From positions 132,618,001 through 132,682,000 of the forward strand of contig NC_042998.1 in the NCBI RefSeq assembly GCF_006345805.1: 64,000 bases of DNA. Direction: 5' to 3'. Each line of letters begins with the position of its first letter. Position 1 is the first letter of the stretch. Source of the DNA: Octopus sinensis. Its lineage: Eukaryota. The position numbers and the translations under genes are program-made. Positions 13,566 to 27,122 of the stretch are shown here, piece by piece. The notes under the pieces were generated by a model. The model was not told the DNA's origin. It worked only from the letters and a program-made list of their open reading frames with translations, and searched no databases.

Positions 13566-15090
13566 TGCGCACATAACAGACACAGACATATGAGGGGGAA
13601 TTCACATAAATCTAAGTAATATAAGCTTGCTACACCTAAGCAAGATATTTAATGACTGAGAATGCAGGTTCAACAGGTAAATTGCTGAGATGTCTTTCCA
13701 TGGATATTAATTATACGGAAGTGGTGTGGAATACTTAGAATGTGTTACCTCACTGGTTATTGAGAAACTTTGGTGACTATTCCTCATATAAATATCTTAG
13801 TATGTGGGTTCATGCATCTATACCCACACACATAAAAGGCATACAGTGCGCTCTATAAAGTCGTTAGTGTTAGGAAGGGCACCCAGCTGTAGAAACTAAG
13901 CCAAAACAGATTACTGGAGCTTGGTGCAGCACTCTGGCATACCAATCCCAGTCAAACTCAGGGCCATTGCTAAGCCCCTGCAACTCTTGCAGTCTCAGGT
14001 GGTGCCATGTTAAGATCAAAGTATGTAGATGAATCATTTATTTACTTTAGTTAAGATGCTGAACAAAAATTAAACTATTTATATTAACTGAGAAGTTCAA
14101 GAAATAAAATGGTAATGCATTGTACCATGAACATGTACCAGACTTTGTGGATTGCCTATAGTTATTGAACACTAACTTAGCCCTCAGTTTGATGATTCTG
14201 AACTGATCAATGGTTCCGTGCCATTTTTGTCTTTGAAAGTTGCCTGGATTATAAAAGTGCTCTTTCATTCATATCTGGAAGTTTTACTTATTGAAATTTG
14301 TAATAGACCTAAATAAATTTTACTTGTACTTTTAAAGATGCTCTTTGGGATAACATGAAATATTGAACTTCAGATACAATAAAGTAAAATATAGCTATGA
14401 ATAAAAGGTGCATAGATTACGAATTTTGATTGAAGGGATGGAGCCTCGAAACTAAGTGTTGCAGGGGGCCCTCTAAAAGTGACGCGACAGCGCTGGTTAA
14501 ACTGCCTAATCCATGCCAGCTTGGAAGACAGATGTTAAATGATGACGATGATTTTATACATATACATGCATATATATATATATATATATATATATCTGGG
14601 TGTGTATGTAAAATTTTATTTTATTTTGGCCCCGGTAGCCTCTTGCTACTCAGTAGGTTTACAGGATCTTCAGACAAGTTGGACTGTGTGTACCTATCTA
14701 CTGGTTAAATTCAAGGTACAAGAGACTGACTCGACTAAAATATATTTATTAATCTCTACCATGGTATTGAGCACTCTTTACCCCCCCCCCCCCAACAGTT
14801 AAATACTAAATGGATAGATGTGTTGTGATCATTGTTTAAATTTCCTTTCCATGCTTGTATGGTTCATATCAAATTCATTGAAGCTGACTTTCTACAGCCA
14901 GATGCCCTTGATATTTCTAGCTAAAGTAGTATTTCTCCATGGTTGGACATATCTCCATGGAAAGATTAAAAATGAAGGACACTGCTTCTATGATGGTACC
15001 ATTCTTTTACTACTGCCAAGCAATTTCAAGGTCAGAAGATGTGTGTGTGGTGTATATATGTGGTCTGTGTGTAACATATATAAATATATA

Positions 15091-15121
<31 letters not shown>

Positions 15122-15953
15122 CTTTGAGTGAGTATGAGATACTTCCTTTTTCTACAAAACTTTCCTAGAAAAGCAGCACAGATCTGATTTGTCAAGCTGA
15201 GCCTACAAATACATCCTTTAAGGAACTAAAAAATTTTTCTGTTTTTCCTGAATAAGCACTGCTGAAATTAGGGTGCGTTTTTTATGTCGTCAAACTTATA
15301 TAACACACACACTCACACTCTCTTTCTCACACACACACTCACAATGTATATGTATACAGGTTTGTATGTCTAAGTGGAAACCTTTATATGTATTTAGATG
15401 AACAAAAATATCTTGTTTTTGAAGGCCTATGGCCAGCTGGTTATTCATTATCAAAGGAACTGACCAAGACCCACTGCTTGTTGTTCAGCAGTTGTTTTCA
15501 GTGAACTGCAAAAACACATATATGTTATACAAAGGGCTTATTTCAGTTTCCACATAACCAAATCCATTTGTAAGTCCTTGCTTGACCTTAAGCTATTGGC
15601 CAATTTGCTGAAACCACAGACTGGAAAGTGGATTCTTAAACACACTGCCATATGATTTCAGGGACAGCACCACAGCATAACACATTGGGCTGGTGTTTCT
15701 ATTATAGCCTCAGGCCACTCAAAGCCTTGCCAGTGGATGTCATTGACCAAAACTGAGAAAAAAAAGCACATCATGTGTGTATATTTTAAGATTTTGCTTA
15801 AGCATAACGATTCTAATAAACACTCTACAGTAAAGCATTGAATACATACCATAATATTAATTAATGATTGACAAGGTAACAGAAATCACTTAAGTTCATT
15901 AGCTTACAGCTGTTTCTGCAGTGCATCAGAGCTGAGTGCTTGTACTACATCCT

Positions 15954-15999
<46 letters not shown>

Positions 16000-16489
16000 C
16001 ATGATATTTGTAAATAAATGTCACTGAGATACAAGCTTTGGGAAATATTACCTTCTTGCAAGCAGGTGAGGCTTGGCAACCAGAAGGACATTTTACCATA
16101 GAAAATCTTCAATAAACTCCATGTGATCCATGCAGACATGGATCAAAAGTGAACATGACGGTGCAGGCATGGCTCTGTGATTAAGAGGTTCACTTTCCAT
16201 CCACATGATTTTGAGTTCAGTCCCGTTGCATGTATGTTTGTGCCTCTTTGCCTTGACATCTCAGGACAGTTGTAAATGGTTGCCACTGCCATACAAGCCA
16301 TGTCATTACTTCCAGTATTCAGTGAACATGCCTGACCATAGGAAATATTATGTTGCTTAGAAATAGATGAGGGCTGGAAATATAAATAAAAAAAAAACAG
16401 AAAGAGCACCTGGTTGTAGAGAATGTGCCCCTGTGAATTTCTTTTGATCTATGCAAGTGTGGGAAAGTGATGTACTTAAAATATTACTG

Positions 16490-16490
16490 A

Positions 16491-16536
<46 letters not shown>

Positions 16537-16851
16537 GTATATATATGTATATGTATATATTGTATATGTATATATATGTTATATGTATATAATGTATATG
16601 GTATATATATGTATATGTATATATATGTATATGTATATATATGTATATGTATATATGTATATGTATATATATGTATATGTTATTATATATATGTATATAT
16701 ATGTATATGTATATATATATATGTATATATATGTATATGTATATATATGTATATGTATATATATGTATATATATATGTATATGTATATATGTGTATATGT
16801 ATATATGTGTATATGTATATGTATATATGTACATGTATATGTATATATATG

Positions 16852-16888
<37 letters not shown>

Positions 16889-16978
16889 TATATATATATA
16901 TATATGTTATATATATATAGATATGATGTATATATATATATTTTATATATAATATATATAATATATGTATATATATAA

Positions 16979-17009
<31 letters not shown>

Positions 17010-17350
17010 ATGTATATATGTTATATATATATATATATGTGTATATATTGTATATATGTATATATATATGTATGTATATATATATGTATATATATATATA
17101 TGTAATATATATATATGTATATATGTATATGTATATATGGTATATATGTGTATATATATATGTATAATATATATGTATATATGTATATGTATATATGTAT
17201 ATATGTATATATATAATGTATATATATATATGTATATATGTATATATATATATGTATATATTATTGGTATATATATATATGTATATATATATGTATATAT
17301 ATATATGTATATATATATATGTATATATATATATGTATATATATATATAT
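16490..17350. repeat. (TA)n array with TATATG variant units
   Basis: Directly visible. Confidence 0.95.
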
Positions 17351-18250
17351 TCTCTTTTACTTGTTTCAGCAGCATCCGGCTGAGGCCATGCTGGGGCCCG
17401 CCCTTGTTGCTACCCTCTCTAAGTCCAGTTTGCCGTGGCTGGCCACTGATCTAAGAGAGAGTTTGTAGCTGCTGCCCTTAGGTTACCTTCGTACCTTGCA
17501 GTGGGTTCATCTGGGATCCCGGAAAGCAGCTTGTCTAGATGTTTTTTGAAAATGTCCACATCCGCATCATGTAGATCTCTTAGTTTTTCTTGGCAGTTTG
17601 TTGAACAGCTGAGGGCCCCCTGAACCCCAGGCTATTACAGTATCTGCTCCTTACCCTGGATGTGGAAGACGGGACCTTGGCACCACACCAGTGACGACCT
17701 GTACGGGGATTGGAACAGCTCTCATTCCAAATTTGGTGCTAGTCCCTCCAGGATTTTCCATATGTATATCACTGCATATCCTCTCGTCCTTCGTTCCAAG
17801 GAGTACAAATTGAGTTCCCTAAGCCTCTCCCAATAGTTCTTTTCTTTCATGGTGGAAATCCTCTTGGTGAAATGTCTTTGGATTGTCTCAAGCTCTGTGT
17901 TAGTTTGACACTATGCGGTGACCACAGTTGGGAGCAGTAGTCTAGGCGGCTTAGGACAAATGTCCTCCATAGTGTCAACATGGTCTCGCAGTCTCTTGTC
18001 CGGAATGTCCTCAGGATCCAGCCAGTGAGTCGTCTGCACATTGTCGCCACCTTCGCGATGTGTGAAGAAAAAGATGCATCGTCACTCATGTCTATCCCCA
18101 GGTCCCGTATTGATTTCGATACTGGGATTTCGATCCCTCCTGGACCAGTATAGTTGTGTTGTAATGTATATGTGTTTACAGCTTGATATTGTAAGGCTTG
18201 AAATTTACCAGCATTAAATTGCATGTTGTTGTCTTCAGCCCATTTGTATA
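17351..18250 (-). mobile_element. 5'-truncated CR1-group LINE (C-terminal RT/ORF2 plus 3' end), copy 1
   Basis: Translates as [60 protein letters not shown], then after frameshifts [49 protein letters not shown]. These are typical CR1/L2-superclade post-RT motifs. Confidence 0.9.
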
Positions 18251-18810
18251 TATGTGTATATATATATATGTATATATATATATATGTGTATATATGTATA
18301 TGTATATATATATATATGTATATGTATATATGTATATATATATATATGTATATGTATATATGTATATATATATATGTATAATATATATGTATATATAATA
18401 TTATATATGTATATGTATATATGTATATGTATATATGTATATATGTATATGTATATTGTATGTATATGTATATATATATGTATATGTATATATATATGTA
18501 TATGTATATATGTATATATATATATATATGTTATATTGTATATATAGTATATATGTATATGTATATATGTATAGTTATATATGTATATATATGTATATGT
18601 ATATATGTATATGTATATATGTATATGTATATGTATATAGGTATATGTATATAGTATATTTTATATGTATATATGTATATATGTATATGTATATATTATA
18701 TATGTAGAATGTATATATGTATATGTATATATAATATATATGTATATATGTATATGTTATATATATATATATATATGTATATGTATATATACACTCACAC
18801 ACACACACGT
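18245..18810. repeat. (TA)n array with TATATG variant units
   Basis: Directly visible. Confidence 0.95.
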
Positions 18811-19459
18811 AGCATGTCTCCAACTCGTGTCTAGTCAGACAGTAAGAGAAGAGAAATAGACATTATTGCTTCAGAAAACTATGTATAGATGCATATTTAG
18901 GAAAGTAAGTTATGTCAATAAAATAATTGATACGTTGATGTAAACTTTTAATGAAATATCACGAGAATGAATGTAATATAAATGATTATGCACACCATTA
19001 ATGGTAATAGATATCATAAATGAGATAACAATGAGGGAAATAATAAAAGAGAAAAAAGGAAATAGGATGGTACTAAAAGGAACAACAGAAATATTAAAAT
19101 GAAAAAAATCTTCAGCATTCCACAGAATACTTCTTAAACTTTTGTTTCAGAAAGTTCAAGCTCAGATTCTGTTGGGAATATTGGAATGAGTTTATTTGTA
19201 ATATCTTTTCACGTGTTAGCAGTTTTAAGAGATAGATATTGTGCCGTGTCTATGAGATATTCTGGTAGCAAGGATGAGGCGTGCTAATAATTATTATAGT
19301 ATATGTATATTATATGCGTTAATATGATATACATATATTAATGCATATATACATTGTATATTAATACACCTGTATTACAAAGCATTTGTGCATATCTTTA
19401 TAATTTTTCCAATATTATATATTTCATAGATTTTATACTATTTCATATTGTCGTGTGTG

Positions 19460-19523
<64 letters not shown>

Positions 19524-19628
19524 GTATATATATGTTTATATTATGTTTGTATATTCAAACATACACATTTGATGCTTGTGTGTGTATACATATATAAATG
19601 CATAATATATATATATATAATGTATATA

Positions 19629-19677
<49 letters not shown>

Positions 19678-19698
19678 TTTAATATATATATATGATAT

Positions 19699-19919
19699 TA
19701 TGTAGAAAAATAGAAACTGGGACAAGAACATAAAACATTTAGAAGACGATACAAAAAACACGGACGGGACGTTCGAAGCCTTCATCCTACCAATTTCGGC
19801 TGATTAGGATGATCCGGTTCTTGACTGAAGATTGAAGGCTTCGAACGTCCCGTCCGTGTTTTTTGTATCGTCTTCTAAATGTTTTACGTTCTTGTCCCAG
19901 TTTGTTATTTTTCTACATA
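19699..19919. repeat. Long inverted repeat (~86-bp arms, ~48-bp spacer)
   Basis: Arm 19699-19784 is the reverse complement of arm 19833-19919 with about 3 differences. The ORF track shows the same peptide (MKASNVPSVFFVSSSKCF) on both strands. Confidence 0.95.
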
Positions 19920-19981
19920 TAATATATATAGCGGCGTCCGTACCCTCGTTGGCCTTATGTAAGTGTATATATGTATATATT

Positions 19982-20041
<60 letters not shown>

Positions 20042-20078
20042 ATATTATATATTGCGTTCATATATATATAATATATGC

Positions 20079-20110
<32 letters not shown>

Positions 20111-20137
20111 TCGTGTGTATATATATATATTATATGC

Positions 20138-20171
<34 letters not shown>

Positions 20172-20279
20172 TATTGTTTTATATATATATATATGCGTGT
20201 ATATATATATATATATATTTTATATATATGTTATATATGTGAGTATATATTAATATATACATATATAATTATATATACC

Positions 20280-20402
20280 GCCGCTGCCAGCTCAGATTGA
20301 AGTCTGGTCAGCCATCTGGTTCGCCAGTCCTCAGTCAAATCGTCCAACCCATGCTAGCAAGGAAAGCAGACGTTAAACGGCGATGATGATGATGATGATG
20401 AT
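20280..20402 (+). mobile_element. Retroposon family C 3' fragment with (GAT)n tail
   Basis: caacccatgctagca-ggaaagcagacgttaaac followed by (GAT)n. Related tips at ~14500, ~36810, ~37290, ~37720, ~40105, ~44465, ~47632, ~50230. An RTE-type tail is an inference. Confidence 0.8.
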
Positions 20403-20743
20403 GATAGATGTATGTATATTATATATATGTATATATATATTATATATATGTATATATATATTATATATATGTATATATATATTATACATGTATATATATA
20501 TTATACATGTATATTATATTATATATGTATGTATATATATATTATATATATGTATATATATATTATACATGTATATATATATTATACATGTATATATATA
20601 TTATATATGTATGTATATATATTATATATTATATATGTATGTATATGTATATATATATTATATATGTATGTATATGTATTATATATATTAACGCGTGAGT
20701 GGACAAACAACGAAAAAGGACACTCAGCAAATTTGAGAGTTAC

Positions 20744-20869
20744 ATGCATAGATCAAAACAATTCTATTCAAATTCGTTGGTACTCCGTGTTTCATCTGTA
20801 ATGCTAGTCTTAAGCCATTTTAAATTTGAGTGCCAACGAATTTGAATCAAACTGTTTTGATATATGCAT
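20744..20869. mobile_element. Small MITE-like element (42-bp inverted arms)
   Basis: 20744-20785 vs reverse complement of 20828-20869: 37/42 matches, 42-bp spacer; right end abuts (TA)n. Confidence 0.6.
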
Positions 20870-21409
20870 ATATATATATATATATATAATTCCGAGGCAC
20901 ACAACTACTATGTATAGACTACATTGCACATAAACACACTCGCACACTCATTGTGTATGTTCGTGCGTGTGGTTACCAGAAAAAAAAAAGAGAATCAGTT
21001 AAAAAAAAAAATACGTATTGTGAAATAGCCATTTATTTCAATCTGCATTTGTCTGTCTGTCTTGTACTTTCTTCATATCTCTTTAAATAGTCTCCCCATT
21101 GAATATGGGAATTTCCGGCATGGATTATATTGCTGTCTATGATTGTGTGTTTGATTTATAACATTCCATGCCTTCTTGCAGTGTGGTTTATAATCATCTC
21201 CGCTAAGGCCAGACCAGACTGATCCCTGTATCTCTGTTTGTGTGCATTATATATATATATATATATATATAATTTATATATAGAGGGCATTAATATGTTC
21301 AATAAGAAATAATTATTTTGGAAATTTATTCTCTTATGAGGTTTTTCACGCTATCTACCTGACAATTTCTTGTTAAGTTTTCCTTATTAAGTAGTTTTGG
21401 CCTTAATTG

Positions 21410-21485
<76 letters not shown>

Positions 21486-23960
21486 ACCTGTCTGTGCGTG
21501 CCGTTTTTGTGTGTAGGTATGCACTAATGCTGTGTTTGAAGACCTGTACTTAGGTACAGGTTTCAGAGTATTGTAGTTATGCTTCGTTTAACATTAAAAC
21601 GCACACTCATAATCTGCGTGTGTGTAGGTTCACACAATACTCTATTTTTATACATACATTTACTTTCAGAGAATACACTTCAAATCTGTCTATACAATAC
21701 GCACAGGCGTTACCCATACAGTCCACAAGCATCCGCGTTTTCTGTTGGATTATTGTGTGTATGTGTATATTATTCACACGACGAGAAGTGTATGTGTGAT
21801 GCTGCTTTATATTCTCGACCAGGCAGTGTCAACGCATTCACTAACACGCACTTGACACACACACACACGCGCGCGCGTATATAAATGCATGTATGTACGT
21901 ATGGTATAAGATATTTTGTCACTTGTTCTCCGTATAAACTCGCACGCACCTATGTGTGTATGCACCAAGACCAGACTCTTATTCATACGCCTTTTCCCTT
22001 ATGGAAGTTCACCGAGGTGGTTCTCTTCTCAGACCGTTGCTTAGCACCGAGTACATGTGTACTTCTCCGAATGAGTGAGTGTGTGTGTGGTGTGTATATA
22101 TAAAGTTTGCCTTTCTACACGTACGTCTGCCTTATACGAACGCATGAATGTATTATTATTATTATTATTATCAAAGTTTTAAGACCTCATTGTAGTGTTA
22201 ATGGTGGTGACTGCGGTAGTCGTGATTTAATCCCAAATCAATCCTAATCCATTATACTTACAATTAAATACATCCAATCCATGACCTCCCCTGTTTGTTT
22301 GTTTGTTTTCCCCCCTGTAAGCGTTGTGTGTCCAAGATTGCATACAGTTTATTGTTTTTTTAAAGACAGTAGGGTACAGATCTGGCAACAGATGTGTTGG
22401 TCGCTATTTCTAGCGTTCGCGTCGAGATTCCCCAGAAAATAGCCCTCACAGCACTCCTTTGCTTACGTTCCGATCCTCCGTTGCTCCACCATCCTCAGTA
22501 ACTGATATATTCGTTCGTTCAATACGTGAATGAAGATAGATTTAGTTTTGCTTAGATCAGCATTATATGTGTACGCTTTGACGTTTCTTCATCACCACCA
22601 CCACCGACCAACTCTTACTGTTTGCTCATACCGCCTTCTTCCAAAACGCTCATCTTCTGCACTCTACACACGCTCTCTGTCTCTCTCTTTCTCATACACA
22701 CACATTGTGTGTGTGTGTATGTATGTATATATATTGTGGGTGTTATATTATGTCATTAGCCTATCTACACTCGCTATCAACATACCTAGCAAGTCTAAAT
22801 CCTTTTCTTTATGACGCTGTGTCTTGTATCTTTTTACCTGTCTTATCTTTTCCATCTTTCCATCTGTGACTAATGTATTTATGTATGAATCCACCCACCC
22901 CTCCCTTTCTTTAGTTAGCACCTCCATCACCACCACCACCACCACTACCTTTAGAGTACCTATCAATACCTAACTACGTCTGTACTGAATAACCTGAGCT
23001 GTTCAATATTTATGATGACTATTCAATTCTCATTTTCTGCTTTGTCTGCACTATTTCGTTCCTTTTCGTTAGAGATTCCTATCTTTCGAGGAACCCTCTC
23101 CCCTCATTCTTTGTGATTCTCTTTTAAGCAATTGCCTAACTATTTATACATCTATCTTTCAGCCTATTTAACTGTTTCTTTATCTTTTCATTTTTATCCA
23201 ACTATTTGTTTATGCGTTCACATATCTGTCTTAGTGCATTTGTCTATCTTTCTATCTATCTATCTATCTATCTATCTCCTGTGTATAGTGTCAATGAAAT
23301 TATTCGATTAGGAAACTAGAGATTATTAATTACAATCGTCACTAAATAGTCGTTAATAAATATACGGTTATTATTATTAAATAAGTAGAGTTAGTTGATT
23401 AATTATATATTTCCATTTCTGGTGTGTTGTTCAAATGAGTGTGTTAGTATTCTGGATCATACACATATGCAGACAGATCTTTTTATATTTTTATGTTGCC
23501 TTTGAGTAGAATGCAAGTCATGCTCGTGCTCCTTATAGGGTTCTGCTGCACGTACACCACACACACACAACACACACACAACACGTGTGTGTAAGAGAGA
23601 CTTGATTATATAACATGAACTGCAGTATCGGTCGCTCGTTCGACCAGGTCAGCAGGTTTGAAATATAAGCTCACAACACAAACTGGCGCACATAGACATA
23701 TACGTACACGCTCTCCACTCACTCATTTTGTTCTTCAACACACACTTCAAGCTATCATTCTTCAATGATTGTCCCTTGTTGCTCCGTTTCCGTTCATTCA
23801 TTAAAACATTTTTATCAGGCTTTCCATTGTTTTTTTTTTTTTTTATTTTTAATATTTAAATTCCAACCTGTTTATCACGTGTTTTGTGTGTGGAGCGGAC
23901 CTAGCATGGCATTAATGTGATTACAGAAATGCAAATCTTTCTCATTCACACAATTTTTTA

Positions 23961-23991
<31 letters not shown>

Positions 23992-24409
23992 GGGTGGGGT
24001 GGATGGAGGGTTAACTAATTCCAAAGAAATATATCAACGCTCTCTTCACAGATCTATAAATACAGAAACACGTGAGTGTGTGTGTATTGGAGTTTTCGTC
24101 TGCAGTTTCGTTTGGTGTCATTGCAATAATAAAAATAACACTTAGGTCCCTCCTACCACACACACACATACACAAGGATCTATTTTTATACAAATATAGC
24201 ATCGTCCATTAGACTATCTGTATATCTATAATTATTTAGACAGCCATTATACTATCTATATGTCTCTTCTTTCGGATGCCCGTTATGCTGTCTTATTCCT
24301 TCTCATTTGGCATGCCCGATATTTTATCTATGTCCGCATATTTTATGTATATGATGAATGAAGCTAGCTCAACCCACCCCGAGTGAGTGCTGTCTCAAGA
24401 CAAGAAGAT

Positions 24410-24616
24410 ATATATATATATATATAATATATATATATAATATAGATAGATATATATATATATAGATAGATAGATATATATAGATAGATATATATATATA
24501 TATATATAGATATATATATATATATATATATATATCGATATATATATTATATATAATATATATATATAGATATAGATATATTATATATATATAGATAGAT
24601 AGATATATATATATAT
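24410..24616. repeat. (TA)n array with TAGA variant units
   Basis: Directly visible. Confidence 0.9.
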
Positions 24617-25183
24617 GATTGATTGATTGATTGATTCTAGTTTCAGCTTATGAGCTGTGGCCATGCTGGGGCACCGCCATTTGGTGTTGCTACTTGGTTT
24701 CACTTCATGGAGGCTTTCTAGCAACTGCTATTTGGTGCATGAGAGAGTTCGATGCAGCTGCCCTCATCTGCCCCTCCTGCCGTGAAGTTGGTTCATCTGG
24801 GACACCTGACAGGAAGAGATCCAGCTTCATTTTAAAGACATCTGTATCCACCCCATGCAGGTCTCTCAGGTTCTTCGGGAGGATATTGAAGAGCTGTGGG
24901 CCTCGGAAGCCCAGGCTATCACAGAATCTTGTCCTACATCTTGATGGCAGGTTTGGAGTCCTAGGCACCACGCAGTGGCGCCCAGTTCTGGCATTTGCGT
25001 AACTCTTGATGCCAAAGTTCAGGACACTTCCCTCCAGGATCTTCCAGATGTATATTATGGCATATCTTTCCCGCCTACGCTCCAGAGAATATAATTTTAA
25101 TCTCTTGAGTCTTTCCCAGTAGCTTACATTCTGCATAGAGGCTATCTTCTTTGTGTAGCTTCGTTGGATCGCCTCAAGTTCTA
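24617..25183 (-). mobile_element. 5'-truncated CR1-group LINE, copy 2, with (AATC)n tail
   Basis: Uninterrupted frame [69 protein letters not shown], clearly homologous to copy 1 but diverged; short 3' UTR then (AATC)n. Confidence 0.9.
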
Positions 25184-26062
25184 TATATATATATATAATA
25201 TATATAATATATATATAGATATATATATATATGATATATATATATAATATAATATATATATATATATTATAGATATTATAGAGATATATATATAGAGATA
25301 TATAGAGATATATAGATAGATAGATATATAGATATATAATAGATATATATATAGATATATATATAGATATATATATAGATATATAGATAGATAATATATA
25401 TAGATATATATATATAATATATATATATATAGATATATATAGATATATATATAGATATATAGATATATATATATATAGATATATATAGATATATATATAT
25501 ATATATATAGATATATATATATATAGATATATATAGATATTATATATATAGATATATAGATATATATATATATAGATATATATATATATATATAGATATA
25601 TATATAGATATATAGATATAGATATATATAGATATATATATATATATAGATATATATATATATAGATATATATATATATAGATATATATATATATAGATA
25701 TATATATATATAGATATAATATATAGATATATAGATATATATATAGATATATTATATATAGATAGATATATATAGATATATATATAGATATATATATATA
25801 TATAGATTATATATATATAGATATTATATATAGATATATAGATATATAGATATATATTATATAGATATATATATAGATATATAGATATATAGATATAGAT
25901 ATATATAGATATATATATATATAGATATATATATATATATATATATATAGATATAATATAGATATAATAGATATATATATATATAGATATATATAGATAT
26001 ATATAGATATAGATATATATAGATATATATATATATAGATATATATAGATATATATATATAT
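25184..26062. repeat. (TA)n array with TAGA variant units, ~0.9 kb
   Basis: Directly visible. Confidence 0.95.
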
Positions 26063-26413
26063 CTTGCCTTTCTATGATCGTTACCCTACCTACATAGTTT
26101 CCATATCCGTATAAACATTTACATTTAGACTTTTTTTTTCTTGAAAGCCGTATGTTAATTCTGGAGAAATGATTTAGCGGTACTAAAGCTGCTAATAGTC
26201 ATGCACACATGTTTGTGCATGTACTTAATGCATTTTAGTATGTCCTACGTGTTCACCCACAGCATAACGTTATGCACTTCCATAGTAATTACAGATGCAC
26301 TAACAAATGTATGATAGTGTGTTTGTGTAAAGTGGCATGAAATATATATTTGTACAGGCACGAAACGGGAGATTTCTTTGGAAGCTGCTTGCGAAAGATG
26401 TTCGTAATTTCAG

Positions 26414-26485
26414 CCATGGGGGACATTTGTGACCGATGGGCTGAAGTAGATCAATTCCGTTCAGACATCGAAACCAGCTTTGTTT
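26414..26485 (+). CDS. Possible 72-nt exon
   Basis: Acceptor TTTCAG at 26413, ATG 26416 (MGDICDRWAEVDQFRSDIETSFV), weak donor GTTAGC at 26486; would be phase 1 at both ends. Confidence 0.25.
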
Positions 26486-26998
26486 GTTAGCGTCGGGTTT
26501 CTAACTCCAAACAGCTTCGCTTTTTTTTTACACCGTTGGATCGCCAAGAGGAAAGTTAACGAGTGTCTTAATATGTTGTTGACATACGCTTCTCTGGCCG
26601 TCAGCGTCAATTCTAGTTCTTCCATCCTATTTGAACTAACTAACCCTCCACCCGTCCTGTGTATCACATGGGACACACAGGACATGTTTTCCTGGCGTCC
26701 AAGCATCATATATGATACACATTCCTAAGATTTTTCAACCTAACGTATCTTGGGACTTATGAAGGAAAGCTATATTTTATTCAGGACGTATGAAACAAGG
26801 TCTAACTAGAAGTTTGAAAATAAGCATGGACATTTAGGACAAACTTATGAAAATGCTTCGAACAGACACAGGGTCAATCAAAAGACTGACAACATACGAT
26901 CCGCCTTACTTTTCGGCAATCTGATGCCAAACCTATCAGTGGCTCAATGACAGAGTTCGTCGACTTGGAGTACTGTATTCATATCTAATTATGTGTAG

Positions 26999-27122
26999 AT
27001 GTATACTTTTGCCGGTGATGATCCCTCGTCTAGTGGGCTCTCCGTTGACGAAGTCTATTCAATAGTGTTACAAACATCGCCAAGAAACGCACACACAGAT
27101 CCAAATAAAGACGAAATTATTG
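26999..27122 (+). CDS. Candidate alternative start exon, product unknown
   Basis: TAG immediately before ATG 26999, 41 open codons (MYTFAGDDPSSSGLSVDEVYSIVLQTSPRNAHTDPNKDEII), donor TTG|GTAGGT at 27122/27123 (phase 1), locally CpG-rich. Confidence 0.45.

Larger units (their letters stand above)
19460..20690. repeat. Interrupted (TA)n-rich arrays enclosing a palindrome and a family C tail
   Basis: TA arrays at ~19460-19690, ~19960-20275 and ~20405-20690. Confidence 0.9.

Noticed and set aside
19800-19850. Hammerhead-ribozyme-like core (CTGAAGA ... CGAAC)
   Set aside because: The required GAAA is only GAAC and I could not build convincing stems I-III; a covariance-model search (Infernal with Rfam hammerhead models) would be needed.
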